From: Escherichia phage 121Q
Length of the DNA stretch: 64,000 nt
Strand: one strand, 5' to 3'
Sequence record: NC_025447.1
Position numbers and translations under genes: made by a program. Shown here piece by piece: positions 46,430 to 56,326 of the stretch (position 1 is its first letter; every line of letters starts with the position of its first letter). Below the pieces are notes generated by a model, which was given only the letters and a program-made list of their open reading frames with translations, was not told where the DNA came from and did no database searches.

Positions 46430-46787
46430 TCTAATAGTACGTATAATGCAAGATGTTTGTAATAACCTTTATACAGGCAATTTTGACGATCCGAACATAA
46501 AAATATTATGTTATGATGGTTTTACAATGGTACATCCAGCCTATTCAAATAATATCTACGTAGCATATACAGGTGAAAATCTATTGTATCAATTTGATAT
46601 ATATAGTACAATGACAAAGATAATTTTGGATGCATCTAAACCAGCAATCTTTATTGCTTCTCATGATTACCATTACACGGAAGAATCACTATTTCAGTAC
46701 TCAATGATTAATGACATTGGTGGGTTGACATTGGATGAGGTTAATGCTATACTAGCTGTCTCACGTTTGGTTAAAACCCACAATTAG
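46422..46787 (+). CDS. EE-x-FFQ-x-S motif family protein (member 17)
   Basis: EESLFQYSMINDIGGLTLDEVNAI. Confidence 0.6.
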
Positions 46788-46796
46788 GAGATTCAT

Positions 46797-46988
46797 ATGT
46801 TCTGGAATTTATTATGCTTGTTTGGTCGCACATTAGTACTTGCAATTATTCATACACCTGGCATTCGTAATTATGTTTCTTATGAATTTAAGAAAGATTA
46901 TCACAACGGTACTGAAGTACGTGCCACTAAAATGTGCAAAGACTTCAATGTATCCGTTCCTCCATTTAAGAAGTACGAGGATGAATAA
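46797..46988 (+). CDS. hypothetical small protein
   Basis: 63-aa ORF with GGAG RBS, hydrophobic N-terminus. Confidence 0.45.
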   Translation: MFWNLLCLFGRTLVLAIIHTPGIRNYVSYEFKKDYHNGTEVRATKMCKDFNVSVPPFKKYEDE

Positions 46989-47272
46989 TGGAATTCATTG
47001 TTGCACCTGATGAACTTAAAACATTCACGTTCAGAGATAATAATAATTATCCTTATACAAATCATTCATTGAATTCATTACATGTTATTTCAATCATTGC
47101 ATCTGAATATAGAGATAATCCATGTATTGATTTTAAAACCACTGATGGTGAATATACATGGGTGATCCCAAAAGATAAATATAGTTATCAAGGGGCAGTA
47201 GATATTCGTGACTCGATTCTAAAACAAATCGAAGATGGAAATACTCATCCTAAACTAAAAACTCAGTACTGA
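46988..47272 (+). CDS. hypothetical protein
   Basis: 94-aa ORF. Confidence 0.5.
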   Translation: MEFIVAPDELKTFTFRDNNNYPYTNHSLNSLHVISIIASEYRDNPCIDFKTTDGEYTWVIPKDKYSYQGAVDIRDSILKQIEDGNTHPKLKTQY

Positions 47273-47285
47273 AATCGTTTAACCC

Positions 47286-47340
47286 GATAGCTTCTAGTCA
47301 GTACTGATTCCTCCTTATGTATAGAAGCTATCACTTTTTA
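47286..47340 (+). terminator. intrinsic terminator
   Basis: 11-bp stem GATAGCTTCTA...TAGAAGCTATC followed by ACTTTTTTA. Confidence 0.55.
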
Positions 47341-47505
47341 CGTATAATGATATTACCCTCAAATTCATTATATTCGTTACCCTCTAACAGTATCTTTTTA
47401 TTCCTCTTGGATGCTGTAATTTAGAAGTTGACATTTTAACTTCTTATATGTTATACTTAAGGCTGATTCAATGAATCGGCCTTTTTTCTTATATAGGTGA
47501 ATGCA

Positions 47506-47925
47506 ATGAGTTATTTGTTTACTTTAATTGATAAGTATGTTGACATTGTATACCGTCAAGTTTGTAGTGATACGTTTGAAACAAAAAACCCAATTAGAGA
47601 TGGAATTTTTGATGTTGCCGTTGGATCATTTTTGAATGGGTACACCGAGTCATTATACAACAGTAATAATATTTTTATTTCAGTTCAATCAAGGCATACA
47701 TCAGACTATGCTGTTAGCATTGATATTTGGGAAAATAATATAGAAATAGACATAACGGAACATACTAACATTTGTGTTGATGATACATTTAATCAATTAA
47801 CTGAAGAAATGTACTTGCAGTTGAATTTTGTACATGATCTTACAAATATCAGTTATGATACATTAAGGAAAATATGTTTTCTTAGTGGGGTGATTCGTAG
47901 TAATATGAGTAAGTATGGGAAGTGA
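47506..47925 (+). CDS. EE-x-FFQ-x-S motif family protein (member 18, divergent)
   Basis: TEEMYLQLNFVHDLTNISYDTLRKI; first ATG at 47506 (track start 47497 is GTG). Confidence 0.5.
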   Translation: MSYLFTLIDKYVDIVYRQVCSDTFETKNPIRDGIFDVAVGSFLNGYTESLYNSNNIFISVQSRHTSDYAVSIDIWENNIEIDITEHTNICVDDTFNQLTEEMYLQLNFVHDLTNISYDTLRKICFLSGVIRSNMSKYGK

Positions 47926-48343
47926 AATGTTAAAAATTCCACCTAAGTCGTTAACACATCTTATTGAATGTGGTGTAATATTTTCCGAAGGTGATACCTC
48001 ATCATACACATCGGTCGATGAACCTTATAATTTTTCATACCAATCTTATAAAAATAATTCTAAAATTTCTTGTAGAGAGGCTGAAAACATATTAATAGAT
48101 GTTTCGTTACATAATGTTCCGAAATTTTACATTGATATCTTTGGTGATTCTTTGACAATTCGAACATATGATTATTTTATTAACAAAGACCTCTTGAATC
48201 TTCCAATTGAACATGATAGTATAGATTCAGAACTTTTCTTTCAACTATCAACTGTTTATGATTTACAGGGTTTAACTGTTGAACAGTTGAATGGTATTTT
48301 TGAGATTTCACGAAACATACGAAGCAGGAACACAAATGTCTAA
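47915..48343 (+). CDS. EE-x-FFQ-x-S motif family protein (member 19)
   Basis: DSELFFQLSTVYDLQGLTVEQLNGI. Confidence 0.6.
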   Translation: MGSEMLKIPPKSLTHLIECGVIFSEGDTSSYTSVDEPYNFSYQSYKNNSKISCREAENILIDVSLHNVPKFYIDIFGDSLTIRTYDYFINKDLLNLPIEHDSIDSELFFQLSTVYDLQGLTVEQLNGIFEISRNIRSRNTNV

Positions 48344-48746
48344 TATTTTAAATGAAAAAACAGTTGATGTTGCTATTGGCGTTCTTAACACCGCAACTTC
48401 ATTTCAGAAGAAACACAGTGTTGTATACTTTGGTGAAGATTGTTGGCTGAACTATACTAATAATTCGTTTATAATTCGTGTAGAGGCTGATGATATTGGA
48501 TTAACCGTTCAGGTAGGATATACCAAAACTGGTAAACAAATCACTGTCATTGTCGATAAACTTACGTCTTCTTTTTATGATAGTATAAATGATTGTGAAC
48601 ACTATAGTTCAACATTTTATGATACCGAAGAAGAACATTTTATGGATAGTACTGTTAAAGAGTTAGCTATTCCATATAATCTAATGAAAGCCGTGAGTGA
48701 TTTAATTTTAAAATATAAAAAAATAGGAGTTACTAATGCAATTTAA
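48335..48746 (+). CDS. EE-x-FFQ-x-S motif family protein (member 20, divergent)
   Basis: EEEHFMDSTVKEL; start placed at ATG 48335 (MSNILNEK) overlapping upstream stop; track ORF 48291. Confidence 0.5.
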
Positions 48747-49182
48747 TGGTAAAGTTTCCAAAGTAGGTTTGGTTTTTGAAAACTGTGAATTTGTTGATAT
48801 TGATGTAAAGAATGTTTTATGGATGCATATTGCTGATGAGAAGACTCTTTGTAGCCGTTTTTCAAACGGACTGACAATTAGTACTGTTATCGGTGAGTTT
48901 GGTATTGCTTTACGCAGCAATACACCATCTGATTTCATGGATAACTCTACATTGTTGGAACGTTTGAAAATGCGTGACGTGACACACGTTTATCTTTATG
49001 ATACTAACGGTGTTATTCAACGTTATGTAGTCGAATGGGCTGATTACAACCTTAATGGGCAATATTCAGTTAACCAGCGTGTTCAACTAACGCCCGGTGG
49101 AAATATTGTGTTTGTTAGTTCAACTGGCAAATTAATCAGTGTAGATGATAAAAACATTGACCTATTCACAGCATATAACTAA
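48736..49182 (+). CDS. hypothetical protein
   Basis: 148-aa ORF. Confidence 0.55.
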   Translation: MQFNGKVSKVGLVFENCEFVDIDVKNVLWMHIADEKTLCSRFSNGLTISTVIGEFGIALRSNTPSDFMDNSTLLERLKMRDVTHVYLYDTNGVIQRYVVEWADYNLNGQYSVNQRVQLTPGGNIVFVSSTGKLISVDDKNIDLFTAYN

Positions 49183-49193
49183 TACGAGCTTCT

Positions 49194-49613
49194 ATGAAAA
49201 CAATCAAAATTCATTTCAAAGACACTTGGACAGAAGTAAGTACTGGTAATATTCAGGATATTTTATATAGTACTGAAACTATTCATGTTTATGATGAAGA
49301 AACTGGTGCCGAGCAGTTAAAAGTTTTGCATCGTAGTGTTGGTGAGCACACTGAATATGGAATTAAACATACTCGTGAATTACTTAATACTAATCACATT
49401 GAAACCCGTAAAGCAAACTTATCAAAAGAAGAAATGTTTGATTTCATCCTGAACCATAAAGTTCATATTGAACCTGATGGGTCGATATGGGAGAACACTG
49501 CTGGACAAAAAGTGCTGAAAAAATATCATGTTTCTATTGATAATGTAAAAATGTCAGGGTATGATTTGGAAGATGCAATTAATGAATATGTATCTAGGCA
49601 GAGGGCAAATTGA
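49194..49613 (+). CDS. hypothetical protein
   Basis: 139-aa ORF. Confidence 0.55.
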   Translation: MKTIKIHFKDTWTEVSTGNIQDILYSTETIHVYDEETGAEQLKVLHRSVGEHTEYGIKHTRELLNTNHIETRKANLSKEEMFDFILNHKVHIEPDGSIWENTAGQKVLKKYHVSIDNVKMSGYDLEDAINEYVSRQRAN

Positions 49614-49984
49614 TGAGCTTGATCACATTTACAATTATTTGTTGCATTACTATTGTACTTTGTCGCCTGATTCATGTATACTCATATCATAAAGCGTTGC
49701 GAATCGAACAAGAGATTTACAACGAAAACCGAGAACCAGAACCAGTCAAGAAGCCACCTTCCCCTTATGGGTTGAAACGTGAGATGCATTCTCAAAGTAA
49801 AAAGTGGGGTTATGCAATTACTAAAAATGGCTACATCTACACTGCAAGTAATGGTTATTTTCAAATTCACCACGAATTAGAAGTGGCAGTTCAAATTTTG
49901 TGGGAGATGGAGGACATTGGTGGTTATGAGCGTACTAAGTTTGAATTCATATCAAATGATCCAGGAACTTCACGAGAAACATGA
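49610..49984 (+). CDS. hypothetical membrane-anchored protein
   Basis: N-terminal TM LITFTIICCITIVLC. Confidence 0.5.
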   Translation: MMSLITFTIICCITIVLCRLIHVYSYHKALRIEQEIYNENREPEPVKKPPSPYGLKREMHSQSKKWGYAITKNGYIYTASNGYFQIHHELEVAVQILWEMEDIGGYERTKFEFISNDPGTSRET

Positions 49985-50129
49985 TATAATTGTTGATGTG
50001 GAGAAGAAGGAAGTCGTTATGAAAACGCAAGCATATAGAATTTTAGAAGACTTCCATCTAAAAGCATTTATAATGAAGTTCTGTACAGATGAACATCTTA
50101 CCGGACGAGTAATACGTAAGGAGTTGTAA
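49956..50129 (+). CDS. hypothetical small protein
   Basis: In-frame ATG inside track ORF 49917..50129; start uncertain. Confidence 0.35.
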   Translation: MIQELHEKHDIIVDVEKKEVVMKTQAYRILEDFHLKAFIMKFCTDEHLTGRVIRKEL

Positions 50130-50471
50130 ATGAACTTAAGTTCAACAATTCAGTACTTGAGCAGTAACTTCGAGAAAATTATTTCTCGCGGTGGGATGAT
50201 TGTACACCCAGAAACAGAGGAAATGTACATCATTGGATTTGATAAAAATTCTTATGATCAAGTACTTGTAATTTCCAAGTTAGAAAGTTATAATGAAGTT
50301 GTTCAGTTTTGCTGTACCGAATTTGGTATCTATATTAAAGACGCTGAAACTAATACAATTTCGCATTATTTTTACCACACACTGATGGGTACTAAAGATT
50401 TCGGATTGAAGTTCAATGATTTAGTACAATGTCACTATATGTTTAAAACCTTCCCAGCTAGTGGGCACTAA
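50130..50471 (+). CDS. hypothetical protein
   Basis: 113-aa ORF. Confidence 0.5.
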   Translation: MNLSSTIQYLSSNFEKIISRGGMIVHPETEEMYIIGFDKNSYDQVLVISKLESYNEVVQFCCTEFGIYIKDAETNTISHYFYHTLMGTKDFGLKFNDLVQCHYMFKTFPASGH

Positions 50472-50484
50472 GGAGTATATCAAT

Positions 50485-51273
50485 ATGAGCAACATTTTCT
50501 TCAAAACTATTTCTTTCAAAAAAGCATCTTACTCCTACGCCTACGTTGATGGTAAAGTGCTTAATATTGTACTGGATGGTGTTGATGTACCAGTTGAATT
50601 TAAAACACATGAAGAAGCAGTTGAAGGTGCTAAAGAATTGAATTCAATTCTTAATGGTGAAGTAAGTCAAAAACAAAATGTAAAATCTGATTTAGATGTA
50701 CTTTTGGAAAAAATCAAAACTGGTGAAGTATTAGAAATTTTAGACAACTGTAATGAAAAACTTCGTAATGTAGTTAATAATGTTCGTGACCAGATTCAAG
50801 AAAAAGCACTAGAGCAAGCATTCAAACATGTATCCAAGAATGCTGAATCTCGTATTGATGGTATGGTTAAAAATCTTGATGATGTACTATCCCATCTCTT
50901 TACTAAAGAATACGAACAAGAAGTTGAAGAAGAACCAGTAAAAGAAACCAAAAAAGAAAAACGTAGCTTTGGTTCAGGTGATGATGTGTTTGGCTTTACG
51001 AATGTCCGAACAAGTGCAGATGAACCAAAAGAAATTAGTGAGATGCTCATTGGTGACATGACAACTAAGCAGCTTCGTAATGAAATTGACAAGTTTGTAA
51101 CTAGTTGTATCAAATCAGAACGTGCACAAAGTATGTTTAAAAGCATTAGTGAGAACTTTGGTCCAGAAGCAACTGAGCAGGCACTAACTGCATTTAAAGA
51201 ATTGATTTATAATGTAGCCATTAGCAATCCAGATAAAACACTTGAAGAAGTTCTACGTGACAATTTCAAATAA
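50485..51273 (+). CDS. hypothetical protein
   Basis: ORF; start placed at ATG 50485 after AAGGAG RBS (track 50461). Confidence 0.55.
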   Translation: MSNIFFKTISFKKASYSYAYVDGKVLNIVLDGVDVPVEFKTHEEAVEGAKELNSILNGEVSQKQNVKSDLDVLLEKIKTGEVLEILDNCNEKLRNVVNNVRDQIQEKALEQAFKHVSKNAESRIDGMVKNLDDVLSHLFTKEYEQEVEEEPVKETKKEKRSFGSGDDVFGFTNVRTSADEPKEISEMLIGDMTTKQLRNEIDKFVTSCIKSERAQSMFKSISENFGPEATEQALTAFKELIYNVAISNPDKTLEEVLRDNFK

Positions 51274-51278
51274 TTAGA

Positions 51279-51304
51279 TAAAATTAAAGCCACTACAATG
51301 TAGT
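51279..51304. terminator. bidirectional intrinsic terminator between convergent genes
   Basis: GCCACTACAATGTAGTGGC hairpin flanked by A-run upstream and T7 run downstream. Confidence 0.6.
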
Positions 51305-51315
51305 GGCTTTTTTTA

Positions 51316-52470
51316 TTATGCGTTGTAACCAACTATTACGACTGAGCAGTCAAGCGGTTCTACTACTTTTAAAATCACATTATCATCTTCATCCACTTGT
51401 ATTTCGCTATGAACTACATGATTGTCTGAAGAATATAATTGAACTTGTGGTAGTGCTTTACCATGTTCAGTTACTGGAACTGAGATAGAGTACATAGAGT
51501 CTTCACCGAGAACCCACTCACTTAAAGTATATTCTTTATGGAAAGGAGTAGTATGCAGTGTTTTTCCGATTATACTCAAAGAAACAGGTAAATTATCAGT
51601 TTGATACACAGTAATATTACCTTCTGCGTCTACAGAAAGATCTACACCAACTTGATATAAGTCACCACTGTATGCTTGAAGTGCTAAGTACTGTCCACGA
51701 TCATGAACATCAAATGGAACAACCGCAGAAAATACACCTTCCGAAACAGGTTCAAATTGGGATAGAAGAACTGATGTAACAAAATCAATATCCTCACCAC
51801 TTTCAAGAACATCAAATTCCACCACTTTAGTGTTATAATATGGAGAAGTGAGCGTAGCAGTACCTTTCCCTGATTGTGTGATAACATCAACTGGAATTGT
51901 AAATGCATCATTAACAAATTGGGTAGTAAAGTATTCTGTCCCGTCTGGTAATACGATTGTTATTACCATACCGTTAGTATCAATTTCTGAACCAGTGTTG
52001 AATAATTTACCACTAATTGAGTCATTACCAACAAATACTGGTGAAATGAGAATATTATCTATATCACGATCTATAATACCACATTCAGGTGTATACATAT
52101 GATACAAGGTTTGTGAACTACCTAAAATTGTTTTATGTAGCATGAATTTATATACAAATCCAGTATCAGTTTCTTGTGGCTCTTCGGAATATCCACGAAC
52201 AAAGAAACAATTTTTATTAATTTCACTTAATAGTTGGTCATTAGTTTTATTGTAATTTAATAGATAACCTTTATTATCTTTAGTTGTTATTTGTACTTTA
52301 CGATATATTATATTAGTTCTGGGATCAACTAAATCATATAATCTATGGCTTCTTTGGCGATAGATTCTAATATTTTTTAGTCTAGTTCCATCGTTGAGGA
52401 TTGCACCATCAACAACATAACCACATTCACCAAACTTATAGCGTCCAGCCGCAGCAATTGACCTTGACAT
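51316..52470 (-). CDS. hypothetical protein (only long minus-strand gene; beta-rich composition, possibly structural or surface protein)
   Basis: 384-aa ORF on minus strand with GGAGGG RBS 5-6 nt upstream of ATG; convergent with upstream + gene across a bidirectional terminator. Confidence 0.65.
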   Translation of the reverse strand: MSRSIAAAGRYKFGECGYVVDGAILNDGTRLKNIRIYRQRSHRLYDLVDPRTNIIYRKVQITTKDNKGYLLNYNKTNDQLLSEINKNCFFVRGYSEEPQETDTGFVYKFMLHKTILGSSQTLYHMYTPECGIIDRDIDNILISPVFVGNDSISGKLFNTGSEIDTNGMVITIVLPDGTEYFTTQFVNDAFTIPVDVITQSGKGTATLTSPYYNTKVVEFDVLESGEDIDFVTSVLLSQFEPVSEGVFSAVVPFDVHDRGQYLALQAYSGDLYQVGVDLSVDAEGNITVYQTDNLPVSLSIIGKTLHTTPFHKEYTLSEWVLGEDSMYSISVPVTEHGKALPQVQLYSSDNHVVHSEIQVDEDDNVILKVVEPLDCSVVIVGYNA

Positions 52471-52586
52471 TTATCCCTCCATTGGTATAATTATTATAAC
52501 GTATTTATTATGCATATCCAAAAAATGAGCTTGACTGGTGTATGATTTGGTGTTATCATGTAGTGAATGAATAATGAGGTGTTTTT

Positions 52587-53171
52587 ATGAATGTTATTGA
52601 TAATAGATTAGTACTGAAAAATGGAAAAATGACTGTTAAGTTATATAAAGATGAAGCAGATTCTTTCATGGCAAAAGCGATTGAAAAATCAGAACGATAT
52701 AAACTTTTGGCTCCAGCCAGTAAATCGCCATATGGTTTTAATCATGCACATAGTCATTTTGTTGGTATGGTATGTGAGCACGCATCTTTAGTACTTTTTA
52801 ATGAAATTGAAAACAATACTGGTATTAAACTTAATATCGATCCAGCATTCCAAAATGAAGCACGTGACGGTGAATGTGATATTAAGGTAAACAACCTTCG
52901 TATTGAAGTAAAAGGTATCAAGTATAAATCATGGACTGACTTTGGACCATGTGTTAGTACTCGACAGTTAAAAAATATCCAGAAAAAAGCTGACGTAATA
53001 CTATGGGTATTGTATAATGAGAAAAAACAAGAGTTCACGTTTGAGGGATTCAACTATGTAAAAGATATTAGTTCTATCCCAGTTATCCTCACTGGTGTAC
53101 CAGGGCGACCAATGATTGAAAATCACCCAGTACTCGGTATTATGAAACCACTACAGGAGTTACCATTGTGA
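52587..53171 (+). CDS. hypothetical protein, possible PD-(D/E)xK nuclease fold
   Basis: GECDIKV ... RIEVKG resembles D...(D/E)xK catalytic arrangement; tentative. Confidence 0.5.
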   Translation: MNVIDNRLVLKNGKMTVKLYKDEADSFMAKAIEKSERYKLLAPASKSPYGFNHAHSHFVGMVCEHASLVLFNEIENNTGIKLNIDPAFQNEARDGECDIKVNNLRIEVKGIKYKSWTDFGPCVSTRQLKNIQKKADVILWVLYNEKKQEFTFEGFNYVKDISSIPVILTGVPGRPMIENHPVLGIMKPLQELPL

Positions 53172-53395
53172 TTACTGCAACTGTATATCAAGATATCAAT
53201 GAAGAATTTCATTCTAAAATTGCGTTCTTATCATTTCCTGTACTCCCAGCAGTTGGGTCAACGTTGAATCTTACCATTTGTGGTTTTGAGAAATATTATA
53301 AAGTACTAGATATTGAGTACTGTGCTGATGTATATTCATGTAATAGTGAAATTGCAATTCCAGTATCAATCGATATTATTGTAAAAGAGGTTTGA
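53168..53395 (+). CDS. hypothetical small protein
   Basis: GTG start in track, 75 aa. Confidence 0.4.
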   Translation: MITATVYQDINEEFHSKIAFLSFPVLPAVGSTLNLTICGFEKYYKVLDIEYCADVYSCNSEIAIPVSIDIIVKEV

Positions 53396-53397
53396 TT

Positions 53398-53853
53398 ATG
53401 TTTAAGAATTTTATGGTTATCGTAGCAGTACTGTTTGGTACATCATGTTTCATTTCCCCAGTACACGCAGAAGAACAACGTCAAACTATTAAAACTATTG
53501 GGACTGGTAAAACTCCCCCTAAACGTACTGCTGAAGAATACATGCCTGAAATGCGTGAACGTTATCGTCAGACATACAGGGAAAAACATGCTAATGATAA
53601 ACCCATCAAGAAGCATAAATGGGAAGTTGTTAAATCTCCTTCATTTTGTGCTGGATATGCTAAAGTAAAGATTGAGCAGCACAAAAACCAGTACTATAAA
53701 GATATGTATTCCTTCTATGACTCCAGAATTTCTGACACAGATATGATGGCAGGGAAGGTTGATAAAGAAGAATTTCTACAAGGCTATGATATGATGGACG
53801 ATGACAAAATCATGGAATGCGTTGAAGTGTATGAAAAATACAGAGGCTTCTGA
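53398..53853 (+). CDS. secreted/periplasmic protein with signal peptide
   Basis: MFKNFMVIVAVLFGTSCFISPVHA-EEQ signal peptide-like N-terminus; ATG at 53398 after AGAGG RBS (track start 53392 is TTG). Confidence 0.55.
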   Translation: MFKNFMVIVAVLFGTSCFISPVHAEEQRQTIKTIGTGKTPPKRTAEEYMPEMRERYRQTYREKHANDKPIKKHKWEVVKSPSFCAGYAKVKIEQHKNQYYKDMYSFYDSRISDTDMMAGKVDKEEFLQGYDMMDDDKIMECVEVYEKYRGF

Positions 53854-54329
53854 TGTTAACAATAGTGTTGTTGGTTAGTCCATTTGTGTATTTTGTGCTG
53901 TATAATATTTTTAGTAATGCTAATCATTTTAAATATGCACAAACAATTGCAAAGCATGAAGGTTTTTGGAATTTTTTCCCAGCATTACTATGCTCATATC
54001 TATACCATGAACGCTATTTCATTTTTCCTGAATATAAAAATTATGGTTATGATTCTAAAGTAAATGGTATAATTGAGTACTGTATAAGAAATTATATTAA
54101 TAATAATGATAACGTCCAAGTAAGAATAGGAAATGGTAATATATCAAGAATAGTTTTCATACCTGATATACAAGACCCAATATACTTATATCCATATGAT
54201 TATAGTATTAGTGTAGGTTGTTCGATACATGGTAGTAAATCTATGTACGATTATTTTATCTTACCACCAACACAAATTAGATTAATAGAAAAATATTTGA
54301 GGGAAAAGTTTGACAACAAAGATTCTTAG
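53853..54329 (+). CDS. hypothetical membrane protein
   Basis: N-terminal TM MLTIVLLVSPFVYFVLYNIF. Confidence 0.5.
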   Translation: MLTIVLLVSPFVYFVLYNIFSNANHFKYAQTIAKHEGFWNFFPALLCSYLYHERYFIFPEYKNYGYDSKVNGIIEYCIRNYINNNDNVQVRIGNGNISRIVFIPDIQDPIYLYPYDYSISVGCSIHGSKSMYDYFILPPTQIRLIEKYLREKFDNKDS

Positions 54330-54370
54330 TATTATAATTAACACACCAAGTAACCCAAGGGGGATGGAAA

Positions 54371-54829
54371 ATGGATGTATTAGCTACAAATTTCAAACGT
54401 AACACAGAAGAGCGTGAAGGTTATTTGAGTATTAGTGAAGTTGTCGATGACAATTTTAAACAATACATTTTTAATAGTGCAATTAAATTAAAATGCACAA
54501 AAGATTCACCTGATCGTAGCTTTACTAAATGGATTGCGTATTGGGAAGATTCACCAGTTGCAATTGAAATGACTGTGATTACAACAGTACTTGAAACAGG
54601 TTACATCAAAGCCATTATAGTTGATAAGAAAGTCCGTACTCTTGATGAAATTAATCCATATACAGCCCGAAATTCTAAAGTTTTTGGTGTGTTGGTTGAT
54701 GGTAAATTTATGATAGAAAAAGATGCAAAGGAATATGTAATTAATAAACTTCAAACTACATCAGAAAAAAAGGAAGTAGTGGACCAAAACTCTGTTGATG
54801 CAATCAAAAAAGCATGGGGACTAAAGTAA
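54371..54829 (+). CDS. hypothetical protein
   Basis: 152-aa ORF with GGGGGA RBS. Confidence 0.55.
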   Translation: MDVLATNFKRNTEEREGYLSISEVVDDNFKQYIFNSAIKLKCTKDSPDRSFTKWIAYWEDSPVAIEMTVITTVLETGYIKAIIVDKKVRTLDEINPYTARNSKVFGVLVDGKFMIEKDAKEYVINKLQTTSEKKEVVDQNSVDAIKKAWGLK

Positions 54830-54830
54830 T

Positions 54831-55253
54831 ATGTTCACACTAAGTAATGCAAAATATCTTTTTCTTATTAGTATTATTGGTTGGGTTATGGCTCCAGTGC
54901 TAAATGCACTGGGGTTTTCCGATGAACATAAACTTTTAAATGTTTCAGGTTTAATTCAGGGTATTTCATGGTATACATTAATTATATTTTCAGTGTGCAT
55001 CAATACATTTGCCCGTGATTATCGACGTTTGTTATATCTGAAAGTATTTGGAACTACACGATATAGTTTTGTTTACACTTTCATTTTAGTACCGTGTATG
55101 TTATATGCATTTGTATTTGATTACTATACATATCTATGGGTATGTGGAACTATGTTTGTTATGTTGGAATACATCAGAACTGTTCAAAACTCATATGCCG
55201 ATGAGTTTCATGATCTAGAAGTTAAACGAAAATTAACGGAGCTAAACAAATGA
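54831..55253 (+). CDS. multi-pass membrane protein
   Basis: Several hydrophobic segments. Confidence 0.5.
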   Translation: MFTLSNAKYLFLISIIGWVMAPVLNALGFSDEHKLLNVSGLIQGISWYTLIIFSVCINTFARDYRRLLYLKVFGTTRYSFVYTFILVPCMLYAFVFDYYTYLWVCGTMFVMLEYIRTVQNSYADEFHDLEVKRKLTELNK

Positions 55254-55675
55254 GAGGCTATAATAAGATTTGTATTTTTGTATTTTTAGTTTGTGCATTC
55301 AATTCGTTTGGTTACTACTGTACAGAAAATAATATTTCATATGGTTTAAATCCTTTGTGGTTTACAATTTCCAATGTAGCACAAATTGGTATTGCTCTTA
55401 TGTCTGCACTTATGTTCTGTCCAATTGTCACTATGGATACTGATCATGAAAGGCTTGGATTTCTCCGTGATACTGGAGACGAACCTTACAGTAGATTGAT
55501 TGTGTTGTATCCATTTATTGTTATTTTAGGTACTAACATCCAACTTGGGTCATTATCTAATAGTGTTACATCAGCAGCTATTGCTATATTTGCATTCACA
55601 TTTTTTATGGTACACAAATCAGTACTTAATTGGTATATCACAAAAATGGCAGAAGAAGGTACTAAAAATACTTGA
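55250..55675 (+). CDS. multi-pass membrane protein
   Basis: Several hydrophobic segments; ATGA overlap. Confidence 0.5.
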   Translation: MRGYNKICIFVFLVCAFNSFGYYCTENNISYGLNPLWFTISNVAQIGIALMSALMFCPIVTMDTDHERLGFLRDTGDEPYSRLIVLYPFIVILGTNIQLGSLSNSVTSAAIAIFAFTFFMVHKSVLNWYITKMAEEGTKNT

Positions 55676-55700
55676 CATAATTTAGTATGTTATATATAAT
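55672..55700 (+). promoter_or_regulatory. sigma70-type promoter
   Basis: TTGACA, 17-nt spacer, TATAAT. Confidence 0.5.
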
Positions 55701-55734
55701 TATTTTGTTAAAAACAAATTAGAGTAAGGAACTT

Positions 55735-55986
55735 ATGAACATCGATAAGGTCAAAGAACTTAGTGCTGCACTAATTAAGAATGAAGAAGTTTGTGAAGAA
55801 CTTCGCAGTACTATCAAAGTTGAGTACGCACGACTCCAAGGTATGCTTCAAGAATCAGAATGGGTAGTAACTAAATCTATCGAAGCAATCTATAAGGATA
55901 TCGAATCCCTTTTCAACAAGAAAAGTAAGATTGAATCTGATTCATATAACAAACGTAAAGAGTTATCTACTGCACTTGGTATCTAA
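55735..55986 (+). CDS. hypothetical protein
   Basis: 83-aa ORF. Confidence 0.5.
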   Translation: MNIDKVKELSAALIKNEEVCEELRSTIKVEYARLQGMLQESEWVVTKSIEAIYKDIESLFNKKSKIESDSYNKRKELSTALGI

Positions 55987-55992
55987 AAGTAT

Positions 55993-56021
55993 TTGACATA
56001 ACAAATAATATGGAGTACAAT
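55993..56021 (+). promoter_or_regulatory. sigma70-type promoter
   Basis: TTGACA, 17-nt spacer, TACAAT. Confidence 0.5.
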
Positions 56022-56060
56022 GTGCTCCTAATTTAATTATCAGCTAAAAAGGAAAACATT

Positions 56061-56321
56061 ATGAAATCTATTCTCGTTGCAGTTAACCTGGTTGCTTCCC
56101 CATCTTTCAACTTCAAACAAGTTGTTGCTGATAATCTGAAGAAGATCTGTCCAAACGCTGAATTGACTTTCTGTGTATTTGATTCAGAAAAAGTAACTAA
56201 AGTTGATCTAAACTATCTTTTGAACGAAGTACAAAGCGTTTCTGGTGAAAGTAACTTAAAAGTTCTTCATGAGATTGCAGAAGATTATGATGACACTCTA
56301 GTAATTTCGGAGAAATTCTAA
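56061..56321 (+). CDS. hypothetical protein
   Basis: 86-aa ORF. Confidence 0.5.
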   Translation: MKSILVAVNLVASPSFNFKQVVADNLKKICPNAELTFCVFDSEKVTKVDLNYLLNEVQSVSGESNLKVLHEIAEDYDDTLVISEKF

Positions 56322-56326
56322 ATCAA

